Positions 41,841 to 52,196 of a DNA stretch of 64,000 nucleotides are shown here, piece after piece. The notes beneath the pieces were generated by a model. That model made no database searches. It was not told the DNA's origin and saw nothing but the letters and a program-made list of their open reading frames with translations. Each line of letters starts with the position of its first letter. Positions within the stretch are counted from its first letter, which is position 1. Location of the stretch: assembly GCA_041862515.1 (NCBI GenBank), contig JBGVTJ010000241.1, forward strand, positions 1,685 to 65,684. Reading direction: 5' to 3'. The position numbers were made by a program, and so were the translations under genes. The stretch is from Thermodesulfobacteriota bacterium. Lineage in GTDB: Bacteria > Desulfobacterota > BSN033 > WVXP01 > G020346125.

Positions 41841-42605
41841 CTAAACCAGCCCTTCCCGATCCCTGTTGATGAGGCTGGCTACGTATCCAGCCCCGAACCC
41901 GTTATCGATGTTGACTACGGAAACCCCTGCAGCACAGGAGTTGAGCATGGCAAGTAAGGCTGTAACCCCTCCAAAACTGGTCCCATAGCCCACGCTGGTG
42001 GGAACGGCGATGACGGGTCTACTCACTAACCCCCCAACAACGCTTGGAAGGGCTCCTTCCATTCCTGCGACGACGATAATCACGTTGGCCGATTGGATCA
42101 ACTCAGCCTTGCTAAACAACCGATGAATCCCGGAAACGCCCACATCATAGAGACGTTGGACTTGATTGCCCATCATCTCCACCGTAATAACTGCCTCTTC
42201 GGCCACAGGAGCGTCAGAGGTTCCAGCACTGATCACCAGGATGAGCCCTTTCCCTACCCGCTCGACCTCATGATTCACCAGGGTGATGATCCCGGGGACA
42301 GGGTAATAGTTTGCCCCTGGAAATGCCTTCTTTATCGCCAATCCCTTTCTTTCGCGGACCCTCGTTACGAGGACATTATCGCCCTGTTGTTTCATTGGCT
42401 GAATGATGGATATGATTTGTTGGCTCGATTTGCCCTCGCCGAAGATTACCTCTGGAAACCCCTTCCGAAGAGCACGGTGATGATCGATGGTGGCATGACC
42501 AACATCCTCGAAGGGAAGGTCTCTCAGCGTGACCAAGGCGTCACGGATTTCGATCTTCCCCCTCTTGACATCCTTGAGCAACTTCTCCAATCGCCTTACA
42601 TTCAT
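41841..42605 (-). CDS. larB: Nickel-pincer cofactor biosynthesis protein LarB (PurE-like carboxylase/hydrolase)
   Basis: PurE/AIR-carboxylase-like core with LarB-type N-terminal extension. Confidence 0.8.
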   Translation of the reverse strand: MNVRRLEKLLKDVKRGKIEIRDALVTLRDLPFEDVGHATIDHHRALRKGFPEVIFGEGKSSQQIISIIQPMKQQGDNVLVTRVRERKGLAIKKAFPGANYYPVPGIITLVNHEVERVGKGLILVISAGTSDAPVAEEAVITVEMMGNQVQRLYDVGVSGIHRLFSKAELIQSANVIIVVAGMEGALPSVVGGLVSRPVIAVPTSVGYGTSFGGVTALLAMLNSCAAGVSVVNIDNGFGAGYVASLINRDREGLV

Positions 42606-42754
42606 CTTTAGTGCATTCTAAGCAATCTATTCCGAAAAAGTCAAGCTGTATCAACAACAGAGCCAAACCTCTCCCATCGCCCTTGTCCTTGACAAAGCTA
42701 TCTAAAGGGGGTAGCCTTGCCGTGAGCCGGGACCTTCTGTGGAGGAGGGGTTCA

Positions 42755-43810
42755 ATGAATAGGACAGGAATCGTCAGGGATGAAAGGTATATCGAGCATA
42801 TTACCGATGATTATCACCCGGAAAACCCGAATAGACTCAGGTCAATCTATAGCATGCTTCAACAGAGGGATATGAAGGGCTTCTTCACGGAGATTCCGCC
42901 GCGGTTTCCCACTCGAGAAGAACTGGAGATGGTCCATCTTCCCTCTTATGTTGATATGATCGCCTCGACAGCGGGGCAACCCGCTCGAAGGTTGGACCCC
43001 GATACGGTGACCTCTCCCAAATCATATGAAGCCGCTTGTTTAGCAGTGGGAGGGGTACTGGAGGCTATCGAAGCAGTCCTGCAGGGAAAATTGGATAATG
43101 CATTCGCCCTCATCAGGCCCCCGGGGCATCACGCTGAAAGGAATCGCGCCATGGGGTTCTGTATATTTAACAATATCGCTGTGGGGGCAAAATATGCCGT
43201 TCAGACCCACGGACTCGAAAAAGTCCTTATCATCGATTGGGATGTCCACCACGGAAATGGAACACAAAACACATTTTATGAAGACCCTAAGGTGTTGTAT
43301 TTCTCAACCCATCGTTATGGCTTCTTTTACCCAGGTACTGGGGCTCCTGAGGAAGTGGGGACGGGAAAAGGAGAGGGATTTACCGTAAACATCCCGATGT
43401 CCCCTGGATGCGGTGACGCTGAATATGGAAATATCTTCCTCCACGTTTTGAAACCCATTGCGCTATCGTATAAGCCCCAGCTCATTCTGGTTTCCGCGGG
43501 GTTTGATACTTACGCTCGTGATCCCCTGGGAGGAATGAGAATGACGGAGAAGGGGTATGCCCGTCTGACCAATATCACCATGGACATCGCTCAAAGGACG
43601 TGTGGTGGTAAGATCATTATTGCTTTAGAAGGGGGATACGATTTGGATGGCCTGGCAACTTCCGTAAAGGCTGTATTGCGGGAACTCAGAGGGGACTCGA
43701 TAATTGACAGCGTCGAATGCCAAAGAATTGAGAGGAATGAATACGGAAAGATAGATGGCGCATTAGAGAAATTTAAGGCCCTTTACAATCGATATTGGGA
43801 AGAGCTGTAA
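42755..43810 (+). CDS. Histone deacetylase family protein (AcuC/acetylpolyamine aminohydrolase-like)
   Basis: IDWDVHHGNGTQ and GFCIFNN motifs; start at the ATG at 42755. Confidence 0.8.
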   Translation: MNRTGIVRDERYIEHITDDYHPENPNRLRSIYSMLQQRDMKGFFTEIPPRFPTREELEMVHLPSYVDMIASTAGQPARRLDPDTVTSPKSYEAACLAVGGVLEAIEAVLQGKLDNAFALIRPPGHHAERNRAMGFCIFNNIAVGAKYAVQTHGLEKVLIIDWDVHHGNGTQNTFYEDPKVLYFSTHRYGFFYPGTGAPEEVGTGKGEGFTVNIPMSPGCGDAEYGNIFLHVLKPIALSYKPQLILVSAGFDTYARDPLGGMRMTEKGYARLTNITMDIAQRTCGGKIIIALEGGYDLDGLATSVKAVLRELRGDSIIDSVECQRIERNEYGKIDGALEKFKALYNRYWEEL

Positions 43811-43847
43811 TCTTCTCATGTTGCTATCTAAAGGCAGATGGAGGAGA

Positions 43848-44123
43848 TCAGGAATTCACCTTCTCTCGAAGTTCCTTCCCCACCTTAAAAAAGGGAAGCT
43901 TCTTTCCGCTTACATCCACGAGTGCCCCCGTTTTGGGATTTCTCCCCTTGTACGCCGCATAATTCTTCACCACGAAGCTGCCGAACCCTCGTATCTCAAT
44001 CCTCTCTCCTTTGATGAGGGAATCCTTCATCCCTCCGAAGATTGTATCCACGATGACCTTCGCCACGTTCTGGGTCAGATTTGCCCTCGCGGCAACCTTT
44101 AATACGAGCTCAGCCTTATTCAT
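43848..44123 (-). CDS. HU/IHF family DNA-binding protein
   Basis: GERIEIRGFGSF and RNPKTG motifs. Confidence 0.85.
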   Translation of the reverse strand: MNKAELVLKVAARANLTQNVAKVIVDTIFGGMKDSLIKGERIEIRGFGSFVVKNYAAYKGRNPKTGALVDVSGKKLPFFKVGKELREKVNS

Positions 44124-44164
44124 CTCCCTTCCTCCCGTATGACATCAAAGGTTCCTCATGGCCC

Positions 44165-44998
44165 TCAGAGTAACTCCTCCCGAATATACTCCACTGCATT
44201 TCTAAAGAAGGCCAAACCCATTCCCTCCTCAGGCAGATCATCCCTGGTCCATGTGGGATGGTTGGTGAAATGGAGGTAGGCTTCCGGATGAGGCATCATG
44301 CCAAAAAGCCTGCCACTCTCATCGCAGATGCCTGCGACGGCATCTATCGATCCGTTTGGGTTTAATGGATAATCCATCATCTCTTGGGTAAAGGACGGAT
44401 CACTATATTGGGCAACAATGAGATTCCGCTGTTTCAATTTTTTTCTTACCTCTTCCCCGCCGGGAATGAACTTTCCCTCCCCGTGTCTTACCGGGAGGTA
44501 AGCTCCCTTGATCCCCCTCGTGAAAATGCAGGGTGATTTCTCATTGATCTTCAGGTAAACCCATCTATCCTCGAACCTGCCGGAGTCGTTAAAGGTTAAC
44601 GTAACGTACTGGGTATCATAACTACCATCAAACCCCGGTATCAACCCAAGCTTAACCATCAGCTGAAAACCGTTACAACCGCCGAAGATGAGCTTCCCCT
44701 CCCTTATGAAGCGAAGAAGTTGATCTTGAAATCTTTCCCCCCCCGTCCCTGCCCTCGCATATCTGAGCCGGTTCGCCGCCGCTTTTGCAGCGCCCAAATC
44801 ATCGCCATCCAAAAAACCCCCGGGTAAGTTGAGAAGGTGATACTGGTCCAGCGTGACCTCTCCTCGCAGAATCTCATTCATATGGATTATGTCTACTACG
44901 TCGGCCCCTGCCAACTTGCAACCATGAGCCAACTCAGTCTCGCAATTGATGCCATATCCATAGAGAACAATGGCCTTTACCTTTTTTCTGGACCCCAT
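44165..44998 (-). CDS. purQ: Phosphoribosylformylglycinamidine synthase I (type 1 glutamine amidotransferase)
   Basis: LPGGF, GGCNGFQ (Cys nucleophile), HGEG, NPNGS...GMMPHPE. Confidence 0.75.
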   Translation of the reverse strand: MGSRKKVKAIVLYGYGINCETELAHGCKLAGADVVDIIHMNEILRGEVTLDQYHLLNLPGGFLDGDDLGAAKAAANRLRYARAGTGGERFQDQLLRFIREGKLIFGGCNGFQLMVKLGLIPGFDGSYDTQYVTLTFNDSGRFEDRWVYLKINEKSPCIFTRGIKGAYLPVRHGEGKFIPGGEEVRKKLKQRNLIVAQYSDPSFTQEMMDYPLNPNGSIDAVAGICDESGRLFGMMPHPEAYLHFTNHPTWTRDDLPEEGMGLAFFRNAVEYIREELL

Positions 44999-45023
44999 AT
45001 TACCCCCAAGGGAATTTCCCTCT

Positions 45024-46376
45024 TTATACCTTACGCTCTAATGCAGCTATTGTCTTGTGGAATCTCCTTTCGAAGGCTATTCGGTTCTTGTTGGTCGTTC
45101 CCGAGACCAAAATGGTGGCTTTTCTCCTCGGGATAAGAACCCATATCCTCTGATGAGAGAAGAAAAAGGTCACTATCAAGCCCCAAACGAGGAGAATACA
45201 CCCCAACCAGACGATCCATACACCGGGGTCCTTCATTACCTGTAACCCCGTATATTCCCTTTGAATCACATCTTTTAAGGTAAATTGATAACCACCCACG
45301 AGCTTTGGCCTTGCCTTCAACAGCCAGAACCTTTGGGGCATGGCCATGGGCTGAAAGAAGGCCATGGCTATGCCCTGCCCCAAATTATGGATTTGCGGTT
45401 GAAACTTCAAAATCTGGAAAAAAGCCTTTGACTCGGGAATCCCCACCCTTTCCCCTTCGTATGCAACGAGGGAGAAATGTTCCCCCTGACTCTTGTTCTC
45501 GACCGTTACGGTGATCTCCGGAATATCCCCATAGCTGGCTTGATAAAACCTCAACCCGTTGAAGGTGAGAGGATGGTTCACCCGTACCTCTTTTTTCATG
45601 ACTTCCCTCCCATCTTCCAAAAAGGTTAAAGTGCTGATGTATTCCTTGACAAGCCTTTCTTGGGTGTTCGTATCGTAATAGGTGATCCTGAAATCATCGC
45701 ATCTCACCTTGAATCCCAAGGGCCTAGGCGTCGCTTCGTGGCGTTGTCGCGTGAAGACCCGATCAACGGTCTCCCCTTCCAGGATGTTTACGAAGCCTTT
45801 GAACCCAAACAGCGAACCGATGAGAGCGCCCAAGAGAATGATGAGGATGCTGAGGTGGGTTATGGAAACCCCCAACCTCGACATCCTTCCCCGTTCAGCG
45901 AAGATGGCAATGGCTTCGGGCGTTTCGGAGAGGAGGGATTTGCCGAAAATCCCTCTCGTAATGGAAGATGTCTTTTCGGCCACCTCATCGTGTGATAAGG
46001 ACCGTTTCAACTCCTTGGAATAGGGGAGAGTGGTACTCTGGATCTTGCCCATTTCACTTTGGCGACGCGTGATCTCCCTCCAAATACGGGGAAATCGACT
46101 CGAAGAACACGAGAAGATGTTTATGGCTAGAATGCCCAGGATCCCCCTGAACCACCATGAGTGGTACATATCGAAGAAGCCCAAGAAATTGAGAAATCGA
46201 TAAAGCCCGGTCCCGAATTGTTCTATGTACTCCAAAGGGGGGGCGTTCTGTTTGATGAGGGTTCCTACAATGGACGTCAACGCCAAGAGGATAAGGAGTA
46301 ATATGCTCAATCGTACCGAGCGGAGAAGGTCAAAGAGAGAAGTGCTTCGCGTCGTTTCCCTGCCCCTTTTCTCCAT
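45024..46376 (-). CDS. ResB/Ccs1 family cytochrome c biogenesis protein
   Basis: N-terminal TM topology and ResB-like periplasmic domain pattern. Confidence 0.7.
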   Translation of the reverse strand: MEKRGRETTRSTSLFDLLRSVRLSILLLILLALTSIVGTLIKQNAPPLEYIEQFGTGLYRFLNFLGFFDMYHSWWFRGILGILAINIFSCSSSRFPRIWREITRRQSEMGKIQSTTLPYSKELKRSLSHDEVAEKTSSITRGIFGKSLLSETPEAIAIFAERGRMSRLGVSITHLSILIILLGALIGSLFGFKGFVNILEGETVDRVFTRQRHEATPRPLGFKVRCDDFRITYYDTNTQERLVKEYISTLTFLEDGREVMKKEVRVNHPLTFNGLRFYQASYGDIPEITVTVENKSQGEHFSLVAYEGERVGIPESKAFFQILKFQPQIHNLGQGIAMAFFQPMAMPQRFWLLKARPKLVGGYQFTLKDVIQREYTGLQVMKDPGVWIVWLGCILLVWGLIVTFFFSHQRIWVLIPRRKATILVSGTTNKNRIAFERRFHKTIAALERKV

Positions 46377-46471
46377 TTTTATCTGCCCATCCCTTGGGTC
46401 AAAGATTCACAACTGCTTGAATTTTTTACCATACTCGAAATTATGGTGTCAAGGAAAAAGGAGTGAAATGA

Positions 46472-47341
46472 CTAGGAATTTAAATCGAGGGCTTCCTTCA
46501 TCGCCTCAACCATGGAGTAGGAGAGCCTCATATCGCTCGAGCCTACTCCGACGTCTACCTTACCGGCCTCGATGCCGTGATAATCGGAACCCCCGGTGAC
46601 CAGAAGGCCATGTTTTTCGGCAAGGCCCTTATAGAGGGAAATTTGATCCTTGGTATGTTCGGGATAAGAGATTTCAATCCCCATCAGCCCCAATTGGACC
46701 ATTTCGGCAAGCAAGGCATTCAATTGGTGGGCGGATGCGATATGTAAGGTGAATGGGTGGGCCAATACGGGAATCCCCCGCGCTTCCCGTATCAATCCCA
46801 TGGCCTCCTGGGGGTCGAAACGAAACTTGTGAACATAAGCAGGGGCCCCCTTTCCGAGATATCGATCAAAGGCCTCTTGCATGGTATTTACGTATCCCTT
46901 TTTCAACAATACTTGTCCGAAATGGGGTCTCCCGACCTGTCCTCCCCCAGAGGCTTGGAAAACTTCATCATAGCTAATCTCCACGCCCAATTCTCTGAGC
47001 TTTTGCACGATCTTTGGATTTCGTTTGGCCCTCGTTTCCTGGAGCAATGACAACCTCTCGTTTAGACCTTTATTCCCTATATCGATGAAGAACCCCAAAA
47101 TATGCATGCTTCCCAATTCGAATTGCGCGCTGATTTCAACCCCCGGGATAACCTCGAGGCTCAATCTCGCCCCTTCATCCAAGGCTTCTGCATTTCCATC
47201 AATGGTATCGTGATCGGTGATGGCGATGGCTTTCAGCCCTTTTCCCTTCGCATATCGCACAATCCTGGAAGGGGAAAGTACTCCATCAGATGCGGTAGTA
47301 TGGAGGTGGAGATCAACCCTGCCCATTATCCTTTGTTTCAT
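46472..47341 (-). CDS. PHP domain phosphoesterase
   Basis: VDLHLHTTASDG and ITDHDT His motifs. Confidence 0.8.
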   Translation of the reverse strand: MKQRIMGRVDLHLHTTASDGVLSPSRIVRYAKGKGLKAIAITDHDTIDGNAEALDEGARLSLEVIPGVEISAQFELGSMHILGFFIDIGNKGLNERLSLLQETRAKRNPKIVQKLRELGVEISYDEVFQASGGGQVGRPHFGQVLLKKGYVNTMQEAFDRYLGKGAPAYVHKFRFDPQEAMGLIREARGIPVLAHPFTLHIASAHQLNALLAEMVQLGLMGIEISYPEHTKDQISLYKGLAEKHGLLVTGGSDYHGIEAGKVDVGVGSSDMRLSYSMVEAMKEALDLNS

Positions 47342-47541
47342 GTCTCGAAAGGCTCAAAGCGGAGTATCATGACGATTCCCCTTAAGCCCATCTTCAATGG
47401 TATCCCCGCTCTTCTTCAAGACCCAACGGAGATCTCAATACGGCCTCCTCACCCTCGACGGAAGACTTGGTTCAAAAAGGGGTAGACAATTCCCTGATTT
47501 TGTTTTACATAAGACGTAAGGGCATGGATCCAGAGGATGAA

Positions 47542-48342
47542 ATGAACTCCTTAAAGCTTCTCACCCTACGGGCACTCCTCTTGATATTCTTGTCATGGGC
47601 TCTATTGTTATCCTGTAAGGGTCCTTCCATAAAACCCCTTTCGCCCCCCGAGGTAAAAGGGGAGCGATCTCCGAAACGGATTGAGCGAATCATAAATGAA
47701 AGGATCAGATCAATCCGGACCGTTGAAGGCCGTTTAACCATTGTATCGAAAGAGGGGGCACCCCCGGGCACATGTAAGGCACTTTTATTCTTTAAGAGGC
47801 CGAGCCAATTGAGGCTTAAGGGATTCCAAACACCCGGCACTCCCCTTTTCGATCTTCTGATGCAAGTGGGGCTCATCCAAGTTTATATACCGGAACAGAA
47901 TAAGGTTTTCAAGACCGATCTCGGTGAGGGCACGAAAAAACGGGGATTTGGCCTGACGCCTCTCAGTTTAATGAAGGAGATCCTCCAGGTGGGAATCGAT
48001 AAGTCCGAGGAGCTCTCTCTTTCTCAGGGCCAACAGGGTGTAATCGTGCTGAATCACCTGAAGGAGGGGAGGTTGGTGAAGAAGACCGAGATCGATGCCC
48101 GATCGCTTTTCATCAAAAGGGAAACCCTTCTCGGGGCGGGAGAACAACCATACCTCATTACCAGTTACGCCAATTACAAAAACATCGGCGGACAATGGTG
48201 GCCATTCCGCATTGAACTCCATCAACCAATGGGAGGGGAATTCATGTCCTTCGAATTTCAGAGTGTCAGCATGAACGGCCCCATCGAGTCAGATATCTTC
48301 AAGCTCGATGTACCCCCAGGCGTCATAACGGTCCATCAATAA
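47542..48342 (+). CDS. LolA-like / DUF4292-type lipoprotein
   Basis: Lipobox LLSC; beta-rich LolA-like profile; RBS GAGGA precedes the ATG at 47542. Confidence 0.5.
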   Translation: MNSLKLLTLRALLLIFLSWALLLSCKGPSIKPLSPPEVKGERSPKRIERIINERIRSIRTVEGRLTIVSKEGAPPGTCKALLFFKRPSQLRLKGFQTPGTPLFDLLMQVGLIQVYIPEQNKVFKTDLGEGTKKRGFGLTPLSLMKEILQVGIDKSEELSLSQGQQGVIVLNHLKEGRLVKKTEIDARSLFIKRETLLGAGEQPYLITSYANYKNIGGQWWPFRIELHQPMGGEFMSFEFQSVSMNGPIESDIFKLDVPPGVITVHQ

Positions 48343-48547
48343 CCCAGCAACGATCTATCCCTTTACTCCTTCTTTTTTTCTGTAGCCTGCAGCGAATATC
48401 CTCGATGAGGTAGATCCCCGGCTAAATCTCACACTTCTTGACCGCTATAATAACGTCCTGATAGCTCAAAGGGTTCAGCAAATCCAAAATGAATTCAGTG
48501 GCTCCCTCGAAGCCTCATTGGATAGGGGACGCGTATGCGATTTTTCA

Positions 48548-50812
48548 TCACGGGATGTTTTTGCAGAGTGAACCCAACGACCCCTCTTTTTCGTGTTTCT
48601 GGGAGAAATCGACCAATCTACGCAAAAGGCTCATATCATAACCGAAGGGGATAAGTACCTCCTCGGCCGCCTTCAGGAGGAGCTCCGTGTATTTCTCCTC
48701 GTCATATCCATCCTCGGGCCCGATAAGGGGGGCCGCCCTTACCCGATCTTCTTTCACCTTGGATCTCGCATCCCTGATGACATAGGGGACTCTCTCCCCT
48801 GGGTGAATCTGAACCCCGACATCTTCCAATTGCTGGGTTGCCAGGGCGGTGAGGTTGTCTACCTTGTAATCCGAGGGGTCTTGGGAGAGGGTCTTGGAAA
48901 TCACCAGCTCTGAAGGCTCCACCTCGCCGGTTCTCAATTTTAACACGAAATCGAGGAGGACCTCGAAGACTTCGGGGATCTTCGACCGATACCCATCCAC
49001 ATCCTTTGCCCGTGACAATACCTCAAGCATGCTGAGCTGAGCCTCCCTAATCATCGCTGGCATATCGCTTCTCCGAAAGGCCAACCCCCTCGCCTTGATC
49101 TCCCCATCCTCGAATAGGCCGAAGTATCGATTGGCCACGGAAAGCTCCGGCTTGACTCTGGAGGGCAGAAAGACCATCCATCGGTAGATCCCCTCCAAGT
49201 TCATGGGAATTCCCGCCTCTCGGGTAATCTCCTCGCAGAGGACCAGGACTTCCCCTTCGGTGAGGCTATCCTTGCTGATCCATAGGGAATCCGTAATGGC
49301 GTGAATGAGTCGGAAGCCCCTCCTCTCCCCGATCTCCTTAGCTTGAAGCAATTTCTCTCTGCCGAAGGCGGTTACCGCCTCGTGGGCCTCGATCCGCCCG
49401 AAGCGGGCATTACGATACCCTAAGTAGCCAAATGACGTGACGAGTATCCACTTCAGTGCGATATGGCGTCGGCGATAGTTTTCACCCCTCTGCCCTCCCA
49501 TCTTCTTGCTCATTTCCTTCAGCATCCGGCGTCTTCGAAGAATAGGCTTAAGGGTTCTTGGGATCAGTCCCTCCCTCTTCTCGCAGATGTTGTATCCCGC
49601 CTCGGGGACCCTGCTATTGGAACAACAGGCGCAGAGGACGGTCTCTGGGGAGATGTTGTGAACGGCCATAATGGTGGGATACATGGAGGCGAAATCGATC
49701 TCCGCGATATCCTTATGGATCCCCTGGGGAGGTTGAAAGACCAACCCGCCTTTATCCGCAACTAAGAGGTCCCATGCCGTCTTGAATTTCTCGGGTTCGC
49801 CCTTTCGCCATGGGATGAGAATCCCTTCGCCAAAGGCACGATCCAACTGCATCGAGGTGATAATCGTTCCGGGGGAGGTTCTCGCCGTTCGTTGGACGGG
49901 GACTTTGGAAAGTCTAGCCAAATCGATGATCCCCTCAAACCCCGATTCCCCGAAGAGAAAGGAGTTTGCTCGATCGATATGCCATCTCCCAAAGAGGGGG
50001 TAGGCCGGGCTATGGTAAAGGATACGGCCGTAGGAGAAATAAGAGCGCCCCTTCAGGTCGGGAATTCGGTGGACGAGACCTGGCTCCCGGTCCAGGATCA
50101 GGGGGATCTTTTCCCTCCGACTCATCCTGACCGAAGAGGGGACGATGTGGGAATCACCGTGTTCGGTGAGAATCACATCCGGGTCAAACCTCTCCAGAAG
50201 GGCGTTGATCTGGAGTGGCACGTCGGAGGGCAATTGGGGATCGATCTCCAACCGGTATCCCTCACATTCCACTACCAGAGTATTCCCCCGCCCGAAGGGG
50301 AGCAGGGGATTTCCCTCTATGCGGATCTCCATGATCCGAAGGGGAGGGAGGGTGTACTCGATCTCCCAAGAGGAGCATCGGGGTTCTATCCTCAGGACAC
50401 GGCCATCTTCATGCTCCACCCAGCAGCGTCCCGTGGGAAAGAGGCCTTTCTCATAGAGATAAGATTGGGCCAGGGGGATGTCGCAGTTATAGAAGGTGAT
50501 CCGATCCTCGAAACCCGCCAGCAGCCTAAAAAGTCCGGGCACATGGTCGGAGGATCCCATCTCCAGATCCAGTACATCCATCTCCTGCCCGCTCCAGAAG
50601 TCCTGCTTCCGAGCCCATCCGAATCCGAGAAGGAGCCGCCGCTTCCTTAGCAAGCGCAAAAGTTCCTCTAGGTCTTCTTTCCGGCCTCGGGCGTAAATGT
50701 GATGTCGATAGGGGTCCTCTAACCGGAGCATCCCGCCGTTATCACCATAGATCCACAGGACCATGGCCGACTGCCACGGATAGACATCGAAAAGCCAACC
50801 CTCGGTTTCCAT
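48548..50812 (-). CDS. polB: Family B DNA polymerase (archaeal-PolB/Pol II-like) with degenerate 3'-5' exonuclease motifs
   Basis: Motif A DFASMYPTIM (DxxSLYPS), motif B KWILVTSFGYLG (KxxxNSxYG), motif C HAITDS (YGDTDS-like, first Asp absent); N-terminal domain resembles archaeal PolB; the expected Exo I FDIET reads MEIRIE and Exo II reads TEHGDSH. Confidence 0.8.
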   Translation of the reverse strand: METEGWLFDVYPWQSAMVLWIYGDNGGMLRLEDPYRHHIYARGRKEDLEELLRLLRKRRLLLGFGWARKQDFWSGQEMDVLDLEMGSSDHVPGLFRLLAGFEDRITFYNCDIPLAQSYLYEKGLFPTGRCWVEHEDGRVLRIEPRCSSWEIEYTLPPLRIMEIRIEGNPLLPFGRGNTLVVECEGYRLEIDPQLPSDVPLQINALLERFDPDVILTEHGDSHIVPSSVRMSRREKIPLILDREPGLVHRIPDLKGRSYFSYGRILYHSPAYPLFGRWHIDRANSFLFGESGFEGIIDLARLSKVPVQRTARTSPGTIITSMQLDRAFGEGILIPWRKGEPEKFKTAWDLLVADKGGLVFQPPQGIHKDIAEIDFASMYPTIMAVHNISPETVLCACCSNSRVPEAGYNICEKREGLIPRTLKPILRRRRMLKEMSKKMGGQRGENYRRRHIALKWILVTSFGYLGYRNARFGRIEAHEAVTAFGREKLLQAKEIGERRGFRLIHAITDSLWISKDSLTEGEVLVLCEEITREAGIPMNLEGIYRWMVFLPSRVKPELSVANRYFGLFEDGEIKARGLAFRRSDMPAMIREAQLSMLEVLSRAKDVDGYRSKIPEVFEVLLDFVLKLRTGEVEPSELVISKTLSQDPSDYKVDNLTALATQQLEDVGVQIHPGERVPYVIRDARSKVKEDRVRAAPLIGPEDGYDEEKYTELLLKAAEEVLIPFGYDMSLLRRLVDFSQKHEKEGSLGSLCKNIP

Positions 50813-50861
50813 GCTCCCACGGAGAGTTTGATCTCCACTCCGGTTACGGTTTATACCTTAT

Positions 50862-51031
50862 GAGATCTCTGAAAAAGTCGCTCTTCGCTGCTCAAAATAT
50901 TTTTCCGACCATTCTAGAGTTCGCTTCACTGCAAATCCAAAACTCGCCCTTTGGGCTCAGCCATTGGATTTGCGGCCGTTTCGCTTCACTAAGAATGGTT
51001 ACCGAAAAAATCTTTAATTCGCGCTCAGAGC
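50862..51031. repeat. MITE-like dispersed repeat (family 1), inverted copy between the 119-aa ORF and polB
   Basis: Reverse complement of 26895..27091 with a few substitutions. Confidence 0.55.
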
Positions 51032-51118
51032 TTCCTTTTCCAGTTTTCCAGGAATCCCCAACTTTGAACTTTGACATTGACTCTCGTGTTCGGGTTTCGT
51101 GTCCGTGTCCGTTATAAG

Positions 51119-51478
51119 TTATTTGTCATTTGGATTTTGAACTTTGACATTTCCCTTTTCGCCTCTCCCCTCTGACCTCAAACGCCTTTCGCCTTTCTCT
51201 GATGGAGAGGCTGTCTTGCCCGCCTCCTCCTCCATCCTCTTACACTTTGCCCTGAGCTCCTCCAATGCCTTATGGTGCTCTAACAGGATGGAAATCAGTA
51301 TCGCCTCCAGGGGCCAGGGACGGGAGGCGTAGACCCCCGCCTGCACGTGGAGGCGCGCCAGGTCAAAGAGACGATCGAAGGCCTTCTGATCCTCCTTTCT
51401 CAATCCTCGGCGAAACTTCTTCCACTCGGTGTATTCCCGTTCCAAAACCTGGCTATAGGGGAGAACCGTCCTACCCAC
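51119..51478 (-). CDS. Hypothetical helical protein (119 aa) in the lexA cassette
   Basis: Start overlaps the upstream ImuA-like gene by 8 nt (operon-style coupling); no family recognised. Confidence 0.45.
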   Translation of the reverse strand: MGRTVLPYSQVLEREYTEWKKFRRGLRKEDQKAFDRLFDLARLHVQAGVYASRPWPLEAILISILLEHHKALEELRAKCKRMEEEAGKTASPSEKGERRLRSEGRGEKGNVKVQNPNDK

Positions 51479-52190
51479 CGATATGCCCCCTCTTGCCCAA
51501 ACCCCTCAGCGGAAGTCGCTGAGATCTCAGAAGCTTCCCCCCTCCTTCCGTTCTCAACGGTCTCTCCAAAACCAGCTTCAATCTCCCTCCCTCCCTCATC
51601 GTCCTCACGACCATGTCCGACCAACGGGAGAGTCGTCTCAAGAGATATCCCCTGCGGCTTCTGGAAGGAACAGGGGGTTGCATCAAAAGAAAGGGAAGTC
51701 CCCTCGGGTTGAGCTCATCGAGTTTCGCGAGCATTCCCCGGAAAAGGAGATTCACCTCCTGCTCGGGAATATCCTCATCGAGCAGCGTAGTGATGGGACC
51801 AAGCAGGATGACCAATGGATTTTGATGGGAGTCTATCATCGCTTCCAACCGTTCTCGAACCAAGGTGAAGAGTTGATAGCAGGTAAAGGCCCTGGCAACG
51901 ACGATCTCCTTGAGGAGATGAGCGGGAGCCAGGCAATGTCTCCTCGCAAAACGGGAGACGATATAGGGGTCAAAGCCGTTTGCCCCGTCCACGAAGATCG
52001 GCTTCATCCCCGATGCCGCCACAAGGCCGGCCAGATAGGAAGACAAAACCACTGTTCCTTCCCCCCAGAAGAGGGTCTTCGCGAAGGGCGTACGGGAATG
52101 ATTCCATTCTCCCAAGCCCAGGAGATCGAAGACGTTGATCCCGCCAAACCGCTCGGGCAGACTGTGCGACTCTTCCCTTTCCCCTTTCAC
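51471..52190 (-). CDS. ImuA/SulA-like inactivated RecA-fold protein
   Basis: RadA/RecA core pattern (KPIFVDGANGFDPYIVSRFARRHCLAPAHLLKEIVVARAFTCYQLF...LVILLGPITTLLDED) but the Walker A position reads GEGTVVLS (no GKT/S); 6 nt downstream of lexA. Confidence 0.5.
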   Translation of the reverse strand: MKGEREESHSLPERFGGINVFDLLGLGEWNHSRTPFAKTLFWGEGTVVLSSYLAGLVAASGMKPIFVDGANGFDPYIVSRFARRHCLAPAHLLKEIVVARAFTCYQLFTLVRERLEAMIDSHQNPLVILLGPITTLLDEDIPEQEVNLLFRGMLAKLDELNPRGLPFLLMQPPVPSRSRRGYLLRRLSRWSDMVVRTMREGGRLKLVLERPLRTEGGGKLLRSQRLPLRGLGKRGHIGG

Positions 52191-52196
52191 CCTGCC

